From Methanothrix sp. (lineage in GTDB: Archaea; Halobacteriota; Methanosarcinia; Methanotrichales; Methanotrichaceae), in contig JBAXWY010000001.1 in assembly GCA_037128175.1 (NCBI GenBank), forward strand, positions 64,001 to 128,000: a stretch of DNA of 64,000 nt, read 5' to 3'. The translations under genes and the position numbers were made by a program. The notes beneath the pieces were generated by a model. It ran no database searches and was not told where the DNA came from. It saw only the letters and a list, made by a program, of their open reading frames with translations. Positions 9,135 through 18,642 of this stretch are shown in pieces (the stretch's first letter is position 1; each line of letters starts with the position of its first letter).

Positions 9135-9935
9135 TTAAGGGCCATTTTCAAGGCTCTCTTTCGCTTCGGCTTCCTTCTCCTCCCGTCGTCTCTCCAGCTC
9201 ATCCACAAAGCCAGAGGTGAGAATCGACGTAGGCAGGGCAAAGGTGGCCACGCCCAAAATTATAATCAGACCGCCGGCCAGCTTTCCCAGAGTGGTTATT
9301 GGATAAAAATTCTCGCCGACTGTCGTCATGGTCAGCACCGCCCACCACATGGTGGCGGGTATGTCAGGAAAACGCTGGGGCTGAGCCTCATGCTCCAGGA
9401 AATAAATCACCGTCGAGGATAGCACCATGAAGAAAATGATGGCAGAGAAACTCATGGCCAGCTCGCGCTGTTGGGCGCGTACCACGTCCATTATGGTCTG
9501 CAAGGATTCGGAGTAGCGGCTCATCTTGAGCAGCCGGAAGGTCCAGAGTACGCGAAGGCTTCGCAGTAGCTTATGATCTGTGGGAAAGGCCAGTACAGCG
9601 TAGGTCGGCAATATCACCAGAAGATCGATCAGCGCCAAAGGAGTCAGGGCGAAGCGAAGCCTTCCCAGGAAGGGACGGCTGTATTTCGGGTCCACATCAC
9701 ATGACCAGATGCGCAAAATGTATTCAATGGTGAATACTACGACAGATATGTCCGCGAAGTAATGGAACAGAACTTTATGGGCCGCATAAATGCTCTCCAC
9801 TGTTTCCAGGACCACCGCAGTGACATTGAGGACCACCAGTACCAGCATAAAGAGATTTACAGCCTCAGCCGTTTTGTCTTTTGCATTGGTCGACTCCAGG
9901 ATCTCGTAAATGCGGAGCTTGTAGCTCTTGGCCAT
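9135..9935 (-). CDS. 6TM cation channel paralog with non-canonical filter
   Basis: Same architecture as neighbour; pore WWAVLTMTTVGENFYP. Confidence 0.88.
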   Translation of the reverse strand: MAKSYKLRIYEILESTNAKDKTAEAVNLFMLVLVVLNVTAVVLETVESIYAAHKVLFHYFADISVVVFTIEYILRIWSCDVDPKYSRPFLGRLRFALTPLALIDLLVILPTYAVLAFPTDHKLLRSLRVLWTFRLLKMSRYSESLQTIMDVVRAQQRELAMSFSAIIFFMVLSSTVIYFLEHEAQPQRFPDIPATMWWAVLTMTTVGENFYPITTLGKLAGGLIIILGVATFALPTSILTSGFVDELERRREEKEAEAKESLENGP

Positions 9936-10001
9936 TTCAACCTCGCTATATTGGGCGTGATATGTCTATCTTAATATATACGAACTTGCCTTATTTTTGA
10001 T

Positions 10002-10772
10002 ATGCGAGCCGCTTGCCTCCAGCTTTCCGTAGAGCCCTGTCATCCCGATAAAAATCTCTCTCGCGCATTGCAGATGGCAGGCGCGGCCTTAGCCGAAGGA
10101 GCTGAGATCCTGGTCTTTCCTGAGCTCTTCCTGACCGGCTTTTGCTACGAGCCTTCTTTGCAGTCATCTTCCTCTGCGCAAGACCAGCCGCCCTATCCCT
10201 CACTTGATCCCTTCCGGACGCTGGCTCGCGAGCACAAATGCTTGATCATCGGCTCCATTCGCAGCGGCCGACAGAACCTGGGCTTTTGTCTTGGCGGCGA
10301 CGGCCTAGAGCTTCGCCCCAAGATCCACCCCTTCGCTGAGGAGGAGGAGCACTTTGACGGCGGTGACTTCATCTCGCCCGTAGCCACGAAGTGGGGCCTG
10401 GTGGGGTTAGAGATCTGCTACGACCTGCGCTTTCCTGAGGTGGCGCGCACCCTTGCCCTGCAGGGCGCAGATTTTCTGGTTACCGTGGCCCAGTTTCCCG
10501 CGTCGCGGCGCGAGCAGTGGCGCGTGCTGGCCATGGCCCGGGCCATCGAAAATCAGATGCCTCATCTGGCCTGCAACTGGGCAAACGGCGGGGGCTCATT
10601 GATCATCGATGCCCGCGGCCGGGTGTTGGCCGAGGCCGGCTCAGAGCAAGCTCTGCTATGGGCTGATATCGACCTGGCCGATCAGGATCTATTCCGTCGC
10701 GAGGTCTCCTGTTTTGCTGATCGCCGGCCAGAGATCTACGGAAGGTGGGATGCTGAACGCTCTAACCCATAA
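10002..10772 (+). CDS. Nitrilase/carbon-nitrogen hydrolase
   Basis: FPELFLTG, KIH, EICYDLRFPE, ARAIEN. Confidence 0.9.
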   Translation: MRAACLQLSVEPCHPDKNLSRALQMAGAALAEGAEILVFPELFLTGFCYEPSLQSSSSAQDQPPYPSLDPFRTLAREHKCLIIGSIRSGRQNLGFCLGGDGLELRPKIHPFAEEEEHFDGGDFISPVATKWGLVGLEICYDLRFPEVARTLALQGADFLVTVAQFPASRREQWRVLAMARAIENQMPHLACNWANGGGSLIIDARGRVLAEAGSEQALLWADIDLADQDLFRREVSCFADRRPEIYGRWDAERSNP

Positions 10773-11958
10773 TTTCCTGGTCTCCAAGTTCCGGGGCTAT
10801 TACATTGAATCCTCCCTTGATGCCCCGCCCAGCCTCGCTTCTCGCGAGTGGGGCTTTCTCTTCTTCGACGATTCAGGCATGCGCCGGCACAAGTCCTTCT
10901 TCTCACGAGGAGAACTGGTCGATTATGTGCGCTCCATGGTGCCGCGCCACGTCTATCACTCTGCCGCTTACTACCAGCGGCCCGGCGCGCCCACTATGAA
11001 AGAGAAATTCTGGCAAGGCGCCGACCTCATCTTCGATCTGGATGCCGATCACCTGAGAAATGCGCCCAAGAGCTATAGCGAGATGCTGGAACAGGTAAAA
11101 AAGGAGACACAAAAGCTTTTGACCTTTCTTTTATCCGACTTCGGCCTTAGCGAGAGCAAAATGAGTGTGGTCTTTTCCGGAGGCAGGGGCTATCACATCC
11201 ACGTTCGAGACCCACGTGTTTTTAGTTTCGGCAGCGACGAGCGCCGGGAGATCGTGGACTATCTGGCTGGCCGGGGTCTGGCCATGGATCGGTTCATACA
11301 CATGGCACCCATGGAAGGCGATTGGGGAAAAGATAGGGCTTTTCGGCTGCGTGCGCCTCCCGCAGGCGCGCCGGGCTGGGGGGGCAGGATCAATCGATCC
11401 ATCATCTCCTTTGTCGAAGATCTGCGCGGCTTGAGCGAAGCGGAGGCGATCGTGGTTCTATCGAAACGAAAGGGCATTGGACCCAAAAAAGCCGCCAGCT
11501 TTTACAAAAGCCTGCAAGGGGAAAATGTCTTGGAAGAGATAGGCAGGGGAAATCTGGACCTCTTTAGGGGCAGCGCCGCTATCTGGAAGCTTCTTCTCGT
11601 GGAGTTCTTGGACAGCGAGGGCGTGAAGGTGGGCTTCAATTTAGATGAGGAGCGTGGCGAGACCGACGAGCCGGTGACTGCCGATGTGCGCCGGCTGATT
11701 CGTTGTCCCGGCAGCCTGCACGGCGGCTCGGGGCTACGCGTGACCTCCCTCACGCTGTGCGACCTGGAGGACTTCGATCCTCTGCAAGATGCGGTGGTCT
11801 TCGGAGAGGAGGCCGTGCCTCTGCATATCTTAAAGCCCTTCAAAACACAGATGAGAGGCGTTAGCTATAATCTGGAAGAGGGTCCCACAAAGCTGCCCGC
11901 CTGCGTCGCGGTCTTTCTCATGGCACGGGGTGTGGCGGAAGCCTGCACAAAGCATTAA
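10750..11958 (+). CDS. priS: DNA primase catalytic subunit
   Basis: REWGF, GADLIFDLDADH, FSGGRGYH, DEPVTADVRRLIRCPGSLH. Confidence 0.95.
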   Translation: MLNALTHNFLVSKFRGYYIESSLDAPPSLASREWGFLFFDDSGMRRHKSFFSRGELVDYVRSMVPRHVYHSAAYYQRPGAPTMKEKFWQGADLIFDLDADHLRNAPKSYSEMLEQVKKETQKLLTFLLSDFGLSESKMSVVFSGGRGYHIHVRDPRVFSFGSDERREIVDYLAGRGLAMDRFIHMAPMEGDWGKDRAFRLRAPPAGAPGWGGRINRSIISFVEDLRGLSEAEAIVVLSKRKGIGPKKAASFYKSLQGENVLEEIGRGNLDLFRGSAAIWKLLLVEFLDSEGVKVGFNLDEERGETDEPVTADVRRLIRCPGSLHGGSGLRVTSLTLCDLEDFDPLQDAVVFGEEAVPLHILKPFKTQMRGVSYNLEEGPTKLPACVAVFLMARGVAEACTKH

Positions 11959-12002
11959 TCTATATATTATTTGATTCTCAGATAACAGGCCCGCAGAGGG
12001 GC

Positions 12003-12584
12003 ATGAAGGTGGAACAATTGGATCTGGCCAATGCGCTTAGAGAGGAGCGCAAATCCGCGGAGCTTCAGCATCTGGATAAGGACTTTTACCAGCAGGTGGG
12101 CATCTATCTGGCCGGCCTGGGGCAGGAGCTCTCACAGGTAGGGGACCCCTTTTGCGTAGAGGCTCAGATCCTACAAGACACCCTCAAGAGTGAAAAGAAC
12201 AGCGTCAATAAGCTCATAGACCAGAGGGTGAAAAAGATCGTCCGCCGGGCGCTACGTAGTGCCCGATCCGCTTCTCGGGAAGAGGTACTCCCGGGCATGA
12301 CCGAGGAGGAAGAGGAGATCTACCGGCAGATGCTCTCTGCCATTGCCTCTGGACGCGAAGCTATCTTGGCCCACGTGGCTCACACCGAAAGGCCTTTAAC
12401 GGGCAAGAAAGATATATCTCGGGAATACGAAATTGTGCGGTTGCTGGATAGTGTTCCTCTGTTCGTGGGAGTTGACGGGAGAAATTACCTTCTCGGGAAG
12501 GATGATGTGGCTGTGCTCCCGGCCGTTCACGCCAGAAATCTGCGCAACAAAAAATTAGCTTCTGAAGTGAAGATTGAGAGATGA
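12003..12584 (+). CDS. GINS complex subunit
   Basis: EERKSAELQHLDKDFY, RVKKIV, C-terminal FVGVDGRNY B-domain; position after priS. Confidence 0.8.
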   Translation: MKVEQLDLANALREERKSAELQHLDKDFYQQVGIYLAGLGQELSQVGDPFCVEAQILQDTLKSEKNSVNKLIDQRVKKIVRRALRSARSASREEVLPGMTEEEEEIYRQMLSAIASGREAILAHVAHTERPLTGKKDISREYEIVRLLDSVPLFVGVDGRNYLLGKDDVAVLPAVHARNLRNKKLASEVKIER

Positions 12585-12590
12585 TGCGTT

Positions 12591-12872
12591 GTGAAGATGC
12601 CAAAAAAGCTTAACGCTTACTGTCCGTTCTGCAAAAAGCATACCCCCCAAACGGTGGAGAGGGTGAGAAAAGGCCGTGCTTCCTCGATGACTCATATCGT
12701 GAGGCAGAAGGCGCGAGCCAATGGAATAGGAAATCAGGGCAAGTTCTCTAAAGTTCCGGGCGGCGACAAGCCCGTCAAGAGGCTGAACCTGCGCTACCGC
12801 TGCAACACTTGCAAGAAAGCTCATAACCGAGCAGGCTTTAGGGCCGGCAAGTTCGATCTGGTGGAGGGATAA
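12591..12872 (+). CDS. rpl44e: 50S ribosomal protein L44e
   Basis: [28 protein letters not shown]. Confidence 0.95.
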   Translation: MKMPKKLNAYCPFCKKHTPQTVERVRKGRASSMTHIVRQKARANGIGNQGKFSKVPGGDKPVKRLNLRYRCNTCKKAHNRAGFRAGKFDLVEG

Positions 12873-12874
12873 AT

Positions 12875-13042
12875 TTGCCATCTAAGTTCGTCAAGGTAAA
12901 GTGCAACGACTGCGAGAACGAGCAGGTTATATTCGCTCATGCCTCTACGGTTGTCAAATGCCTGGTCTGCGGGCGCACGCTTGCAGAGCCCACGGGCGGC
13001 AAGGCTGAGATCAAGACTACCGTTGTAGAAGTCTTAGAGTGA
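12875..13042 (+). CDS. rps27e: 30S ribosomal protein S27e (not in ORF track)
   Basis: Manual translation [43 protein letters not shown]. Confidence 0.95.
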   Translation: MPSKFVKVKCNDCENEQVIFAHASTVVKCLVCGRTLAEPTGGKAEIKTTVVEVLE

Positions 13043-13048
13043 TTGATA

Positions 13049-13822
13049 ATGCAACGTGAGGGCTGGCCAGAGCTCGGATCTCTAGTCGTCTGCACCGTGA
13101 CTCAGGTAGTGGACTTCGGAGCTTTCGTCTCCATGGACGAGTATTCCGGTAAGCAGGGCCTGATTCACATCTCGGAGGTGGCCAGCGGATGGATCAAGTA
13201 CATTCGCGACCACGTGCGAGAGGGGCAGAAGATCGTCTGCAAGGTATTGAATGTAGACACGTCCCGGCACCACATCGATCTCTCCCTGAAAGACGTAAAT
13301 GAGCATCAACGTCGGGAGAAGATTCAGGAGTGGAAGGCGGACCAAAAAGCCTGGAAATGGCTGGAGATGGCTTACAAGGACCGGCCCGAGGACGTCAAGC
13401 GTGTCGCTGATATTCTGGTGGCAGCGTACGACAGCCTCTATCTGGCCATGGAGGAGGCGGCGATCAGCGGTGTGGAAGCACTGGCCGATGAGCGCCTGAC
13501 GGAAGAAGACCTGAAGATGCTGGAGAGCCTCTCCAAGGATAACGTCAAGATACCCTCCGTTGATATCAGCGGCTATGTGGATATCACCTCCCCTGCTCCT
13601 GACGGCGTGGATGTCATCAGGAAGGCCCTCAAGCAGGCCAAGCGCATAAAAGACAAAGATGCTACGCTCTTCATCACATATATTGGAGCGCCGCGCTATC
13701 GCATTCATGTAACCGCGCCGGACTACAAGCATGCTGAGTCTGTTCTCAAGAAGTCTGCTCAGGCTGTGGTGAAATACATAGAACAGCACGGCGGAGAAGG
13801 CACTTTCCTTAGAGAGGCATGA
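13049..13822 (+). CDS. eif2a: Translation initiation factor 2 alpha subunit
   Basis: S1 domain GLIHISEVASGWIKYIRD, YIGAPRYRI. Confidence 0.96.
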   Translation: MQREGWPELGSLVVCTVTQVVDFGAFVSMDEYSGKQGLIHISEVASGWIKYIRDHVREGQKIVCKVLNVDTSRHHIDLSLKDVNEHQRREKIQEWKADQKAWKWLEMAYKDRPEDVKRVADILVAAYDSLYLAMEEAAISGVEALADERLTEEDLKMLESLSKDNVKIPSVDISGYVDITSPAPDGVDVIRKALKQAKRIKDKDATLFITYIGAPRYRIHVTAPDYKHAESVLKKSAQAVVKYIEQHGGEGTFLREA

Positions 13823-13980
13823 GATCCAAAATCCTGAGGTGTACGGCATGCAGCCGCTACACCCTTATGGATATCTGCTCCGCCTGTGGGGGCCATACTA
13901 CTATTACTAAGCCCGCCAGATTCTCTCCTGATGATCCTTACGGCAAGTACCGGAGAGCTCTCGGCCAGGAGGCAAAATGA
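13819..13980 (+). CDS. nop10: H/ACA RNP protein Nop10 (not in ORF track)
   Basis: Manual translation MRSKILRCTACSRYTLMDICSACGG...KPARFSPDDPYGKYRR. Confidence 0.95.
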   Translation: MRSKILRCTACSRYTLMDICSACGGHTTITKPARFSPDDPYGKYRRALGQEAK

Positions 13981-14750
13981 AGGATACTCTGGTTTCCCGT
14001 ATCAAAGAAGTAACCCTTAAGGACCCAATTCTTGTTGAGGGTCTGCCGGGCGTGGGTCACGTGGGAAAGCTAGTAGCCGATCACATGGTGGAAGAGCTCA
14101 AGGCAGAGAAGATCATGGAGATCTACTCGCCCCATTTTCCACCCCAGGTGATGGTAAAAGAGGACGGCACCATCAAGCAGGTCCGAAATGAGATCTATGC
14201 CTATCATGGCAAGAACGATGAGCCGGATCTGCTCATCCTCATAGGCGACTATCAGAGTGCCACCAACGAGGGGCATTACGAGCTTTGCAGCATCTTCCTG
14301 GACATCGCCCAGAGCTTCCATGTAAAGAGGATCTATGCTCTGGGGGGCTACGGCACCGGCCAGTTCGTGGATAAGCCAAACGTCATGGGGGCGGCTACAA
14401 GTATCGAGCTTGTGGAGGAGATGAAACAAAAAGATGTCGTCTTTCATGAGAACGAGCCAGGCGGAGGCATAATCGGCGTCTCGGGGCTGCTGCTCGGCAT
14501 GGGAGCCCTGCGGGGTATCGATGCCGTCTGTCTCATGGGAGTGACCTCCGGTTATCTGGTAGATCCCAAAGCCGCTTCCGAGGTTCTGCGCATTCTCTCT
14601 GGCATTCTGGGTATTGTTGTGGACATGCAGGCTTTGGAAGAGCGGGCCAAGGAGATGGAGAAGATCATAGGCAAGCTACAGGAGATGGAGCGGGCCCAGG
14701 CTCCTTACGAGGCGAGCGGCGGGGATGAAGATCTCAGATACATCGGATAG
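13977..14750 (+). CDS. PAC2-family proteasome assembly chaperone
   Basis: EGLPGVGHVGKL, GIIGVSGLLLG, VDPKAA, C-terminal YIG. Confidence 0.9.
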   Translation: MKDTLVSRIKEVTLKDPILVEGLPGVGHVGKLVADHMVEELKAEKIMEIYSPHFPPQVMVKEDGTIKQVRNEIYAYHGKNDEPDLLILIGDYQSATNEGHYELCSIFLDIAQSFHVKRIYALGGYGTGQFVDKPNVMGAATSIELVEEMKQKDVVFHENEPGGGIIGVSGLLLGMGALRGIDAVCLMGVTSGYLVDPKAASEVLRILSGILGIVVDMQALEERAKEMEKIIGKLQEMERAQAPYEASGGDEDLRYIG

Positions 14751-16068
14751 TATCGACGCTCTCTTGAATTATGGGCATAAGCTCCTCTCTCAAGCCTTGC
14801 AAGAGGGAGCGGAGCAGGCGGAAGTCTACGGCATGTCTGGTCGCTCTGTCGATATTGATCTACGTAGGGATGTCGTGGAGCTGGCCAGCGAGAGCTTTCA
14901 TCGCGGCCTGGGGCTTAGGGCAGTGATCGCTGGCGGCGTGGGGTTTTCCAGTACCAGCGACATGTCGCTTTTGCAGTTCGTGGCCAAAAGCGCCGTTGTA
15001 TCCGCCCGGGCCAGAGGTGCTGACGAATCCTGGCGCTCTCTTCCCCGACCTAAAAAGGTGGTGCGTCCGGAGGGCATCTTCGATTTGCGTTTGCAGCAAA
15101 TCGGCCCCGAGGAATGCCTTGACATCGCAGAGAGCATGCTTTCCGGCTGCAGGACCGTCAAGGAAGCGGAGCCGGTAGCTGGCAGTGTGGCCTGTATTTG
15201 CGGCAGCGGTTTTGTGATAAACTCGCTGGGAATGGAACTTCAGGAGACCTCCACCCTCATGCATGCCTCTTTGGAAACAATTGCCAAGGCGGCGGATGTG
15301 GCCACAGGCAGCGAGTTTTATAGCTCCCGAGGCTATCAGCCCTCGCTGGAGGACGTGGGTCGCGCCGCAGCAAAGATGGCTTTCTCCTCTCTGGACGGCT
15401 GCCGGGCAAAGAGCGGGACCTTTGATGTGCTCTTAAAGCCCCTGGCTGTAGCCGAGCTGCTCGATTATACCCTGCTTCCCGCCCTTGCTGCCGACAATGT
15501 GCAAAAGGGCAGATCCACTCTTGCAGGAAGGGTGGGCGAGAAGATCTCTGCCGAAGCCCTCGTGATCACCGATGACGGCCTCCTTCCCGGCGGCATGGAC
15601 TCCTCGGCCTTTGATGGCGAGGGTGTGCCTTCTCAAAGGACGGTCCTCATTGATGATGGCATTTTAAGGGGCTATCTCTACGACAGCTACACGGCTGGAA
15701 AGGAGGGCGTGACATCCACGGGCAATGCTGTGCGCTCCGGTTACACGGGTGTTCCCTCTGTGGGATGCCGAAATCTCATTGTAGGATCCCCTGATGCTCG
15801 GGATCTTCTGGCTGAGACAAAAGGCTATCTGGTAAACGGTCTCATCGGTGCCCACACTGCTAATCCCATCTCCGGCGACTTCTCGGTGGAGGCAAAAAAT
15901 GCCTTCCTTATTGCGCCGGGTGAAGAGGCTAAGCCCATACGTTCTTTGATGCTGGCCGGAAATTTCTTCGAGCTATTGAAGGATGTCGAAATTGGCAGAG
16001 ACGTGCGGGCCATTGGGGCCATTGTCACGCCCACCATCAAAGTCAGAATGAAGGTAGTAGGAAGCTAA
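14725..16068 (+). CDS. TldD/PmbA family protein
   Basis: FDGEGVP, STGNAVR, HTANPISGDFSV. Confidence 0.9.
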   Translation: MKISDTSDSIDALLNYGHKLLSQALQEGAEQAEVYGMSGRSVDIDLRRDVVELASESFHRGLGLRAVIAGGVGFSSTSDMSLLQFVAKSAVVSARARGADESWRSLPRPKKVVRPEGIFDLRLQQIGPEECLDIAESMLSGCRTVKEAEPVAGSVACICGSGFVINSLGMELQETSTLMHASLETIAKAADVATGSEFYSSRGYQPSLEDVGRAAAKMAFSSLDGCRAKSGTFDVLLKPLAVAELLDYTLLPALAADNVQKGRSTLAGRVGEKISAEALVITDDGLLPGGMDSSAFDGEGVPSQRTVLIDDGILRGYLYDSYTAGKEGVTSTGNAVRSGYTGVPSVGCRNLIVGSPDARDLLAETKGYLVNGLIGAHTANPISGDFSVEAKNAFLIAPGEEAKPIRSLMLAGNFFELLKDVEIGRDVRAIGAIVTPTIKVRMKVVGS

Positions 16069-16080
16069 AGGTGGTTTTTG

Positions 16081-16932
16081 ATGATAATTGGAGGGCCTGC
16101 CTCCCAGCTTCTCGCTGGCCGGGTGGCTACAATCTTAAATGAAACACTCGCTCTTTGCGATTACAAGACATTTCCCGATGGCGAGTCGTATACGCAAATT
16201 GTGACCCAGCTTGATGATGAGATAGTAATAATTCAGTCTACACCCACCGATCAGGACCTGGTCTATCTCCTGCAACTGCTGGACATTTGCCGGGACCGGC
16301 GTGTCTCTTTGGTCATACCTTATTTCGGCTATGCCCGCCAGGACAAGATCTTCAAGCCAGGCGAGCCCATGACCGCCCGGGCGCTGGCTACAGCCTTGAA
16401 TCCCTTTTTGCAGAACGGTCGTGTCCATCTGGTCAACATCCATGCCTCATCCATTATGGCCCATTTCCAGTGCCCGATTGAGAATCTGGATGCCACTGGC
16501 CTGCTGGCCGAGAGGATCGCCAGCATGGGGCTCAAGGACACCGTAGTCATCTCTCCCGACAAGGGAGCTATGGCCATGGCCAAGACCGCCGCGGCCTGTC
16601 TGGGCTGTGACTCAGACTATTTGCAAAAGACCCGCCTCTCCGGAACGGAGGTCTCTATGGCCCCCCAAGAGGTGGCCGTTAAAGGCAGGGACGTGGTCAT
16701 CTTCGACGACATGATCGCCACGGGTGGCACCATGGCCACGGCCATTGCACTTTTGCGCCAACAGGGGGCACGGCGCGTCTTTCTGGCGGCAGTACATCCC
16801 GTCCTGACAGGCTCGGCGATTCTCAAGCTCTATCGCTCAGGAGTGGAGGCAGTGCTGGCCACAGACACCCTGGACAAGGGCGTGAGCACGGTCTCGGTGG
16901 CACCGCTGATTGCGAAGGCTCTGAGATCATAA
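16081..16932 (+). CDS. prs: Ribose-phosphate pyrophosphokinase
   Basis: FPDGE, PYFGYARQDK, DDMIATGGT. Confidence 0.95.
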   Translation: MIIGGPASQLLAGRVATILNETLALCDYKTFPDGESYTQIVTQLDDEIVIIQSTPTDQDLVYLLQLLDICRDRRVSLVIPYFGYARQDKIFKPGEPMTARALATALNPFLQNGRVHLVNIHASSIMAHFQCPIENLDATGLLAERIASMGLKDTVVISPDKGAMAMAKTAAACLGCDSDYLQKTRLSGTEVSMAPQEVAVKGRDVVIFDDMIATGGTMATAIALLRQQGARRVFLAAVHPVLTGSAILKLYRSGVEAVLATDTLDKGVSTVSVAPLIAKALRS

Positions 16933-16996
16933 AACGGTACTGCCTCCGAAGAGTCAGAGAATAGCTTATTAACGTATACATCGGTTTCAATTATGA

Positions 16997-17338
16997 ATGA
17001 AGCTTCAAGCCGTCATAAACGGTGAGAGAATTGAGGATATGGATTATAGATTTTCCCTTCTTTTAAGAGCGACGGAGCTGGGCTGCGAGAATTTCTTTTC
17101 CTGCATCAGATTGGGGGACGGTCTTCCTCAGCTCATTGCAAGAATTGAAGGTGATGAAGTGCAAATTTCTGATTTCAAGAGGTTTGTGCAGATGCATAAG
17201 CCAGATGGGGTGGACGTTTCCGTCATAGGTTTCGAGGAGTTCACAGGCCATGTTCCCTCCATTAAAACCTTCATGTCTTTCTGCATTGTAGAACTCTTAG
17301 ACAAATGGGTCAGGGGTATCGATCATCCTAGCGATTGA
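16997..17338 (+). CDS. Degenerate acylphosphatase-like protein
   Basis: [16 protein letters not shown]...IEGDE...KPDGVDV fold pattern; canonical VQGVGFR not conserved. Confidence 0.5.
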   Translation: MKLQAVINGERIEDMDYRFSLLLRATELGCENFFSCIRLGDGLPQLIARIEGDEVQISDFKRFVQMHKPDGVDVSVIGFEEFTGHVPSIKTFMSFCIVELLDKWVRGIDHPSD

Positions 17339-17364
17339 GTATTGATTCGGAGAGGTTTCAACAA

Positions 17365-18453
17365 ATGTCAGGAAACACCTTTGGCACCATATTTCGCATC
17401 ACCACCTGGGGCGAGTCGCATGGCTCTGCGGTGGGCGTGGTCGTGGACGGCTGCCCGGCGGGCATGGCCCTGGCCGCGGAAGATATTCAGAAAGAGCTGG
17501 ACCGCAGGCGTCCCGGCCAGAGCCGCGCCTCTACGGCTCGGCAGGAAGCGGACCAGGTTGAAATACTGTCCGGCATCTTCGAGGACCGGACCACGGGCAC
17601 GCCCATCTCCCTGCTGGTCAGGAACAAGGACGCCAACTCCTCCACCTACGATCTCCTGCGCGACAAACCCCGGCCGGGGCACGCCGACTATACCTACCAG
17701 ATGAAATACGGCCTGCGCGATCACCGGGGCGGGGGCCGGGCCTCGGCCCGCGAGACGGTGGGGCGCGTTGCTGCGGGGGCCGTCGCCAAGAAGCTGCTGG
17801 CCACAGAGGGCATCGAGGTCGTGGCCTACGTGGCGGAGCTGGGCGGAATTTTTGCGGAAATTGCTTCAACAGATCTAAGTGAGCTCAGAGACCAGGCCGA
17901 GTCCAATGCCGTTCGCTGCCCCGATCCGGCTGCGGCGCAGAGGATGCTGGTGCGCCTGGACAGCGTGCGCGGGGAGGGCGACAGCCTGGGCGGGGTAGTA
18001 GTAGTAACCGCAGAGGGCGTGCCCGCCGGTTTGGGCGAGCCGGTCTTTGACAAGCTGGACGCCGACCTGGCCAAGGGGCTCATGAGCATTGGCGCGGTGA
18101 AGGCGGTGGAGATAGGCGCGGGCCGGGAGTGCGCCTCTTTGCGTGGCAGCGAGATGAACGACCCGCTGCTCTGGCAGGAGGGCAAGGTTGATTTCGAGAG
18201 CAACAACGCCGGCGGTATCCTGGGCGGCATCTCCACCGGGGCTCCAATTGTCTGCACCATTTCCGTCAAGCCCACGCCGTCCATCGCAAAGCAGCAGAGC
18301 ACAGTTGATCTAGCTCGGGGCGAGGCGGCAGAGATCGAGATCAAAGGCAGGCACGACCCGGCCATCCCTCCCCGAATTGTGCCCGTGGCCGAGGCCATGG
18401 TGGCCCTGGTACTGGCCGATCACCTTCTCAGGCAGAGGGCGGCAAGGCTGTAA
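17365..18453 (+). CDS. aroC: Chorismate synthase
   Basis: [36 protein letters not shown]. Confidence 0.97.
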   Translation: MSGNTFGTIFRITTWGESHGSAVGVVVDGCPAGMALAAEDIQKELDRRRPGQSRASTARQEADQVEILSGIFEDRTTGTPISLLVRNKDANSSTYDLLRDKPRPGHADYTYQMKYGLRDHRGGGRASARETVGRVAAGAVAKKLLATEGIEVVAYVAELGGIFAEIASTDLSELRDQAESNAVRCPDPAAAQRMLVRLDSVRGEGDSLGGVVVVTAEGVPAGLGEPVFDKLDADLAKGLMSIGAVKAVEIGAGRECASLRGSEMNDPLLWQEGKVDFESNNAGGILGGISTGAPIVCTISVKPTPSIAKQQSTVDLARGEAAEIEIKGRHDPAIPPRIVPVAEAMVALVLADHLLRQRAARL

Positions 18454-18479
18454 ATTTTTTTGGCTAGCGTGGACAGCGA

Positions 18480-18582
18480 TCTCACGCGATGCCGCGAAGG
18501 GCGCGAAGTGCAATTAGGTAATTTTGTGTTGTTGCGGGAATGAAAATTCTCGTTCTTCGCGGCTTCGCGCCTTCGCGTGACC
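18480..18582. repeat. REP-like imperfect inverted repeat
   Basis: TCACGCGATGCCGCGAAGGGCGCGAAG ... CTTCGCGGCTTCGCGCCTTCGCGTGA. Confidence 0.75.
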
Positions 18583-18642
18583 CGGTCCAGTGATGAAAAC
18601 GCGAAGAGCCTTTTATATCTTCTCACGCCCAAAATGTGCCTC

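Noticed and set aside
13082-13849. Long antisense ORFs (also 25450..26157, 55410..56246, 56107..56811, 42419..43054)
   Set aside because: They overlap confidently identified genes; typical GC-rich shadow ORFs without motifs
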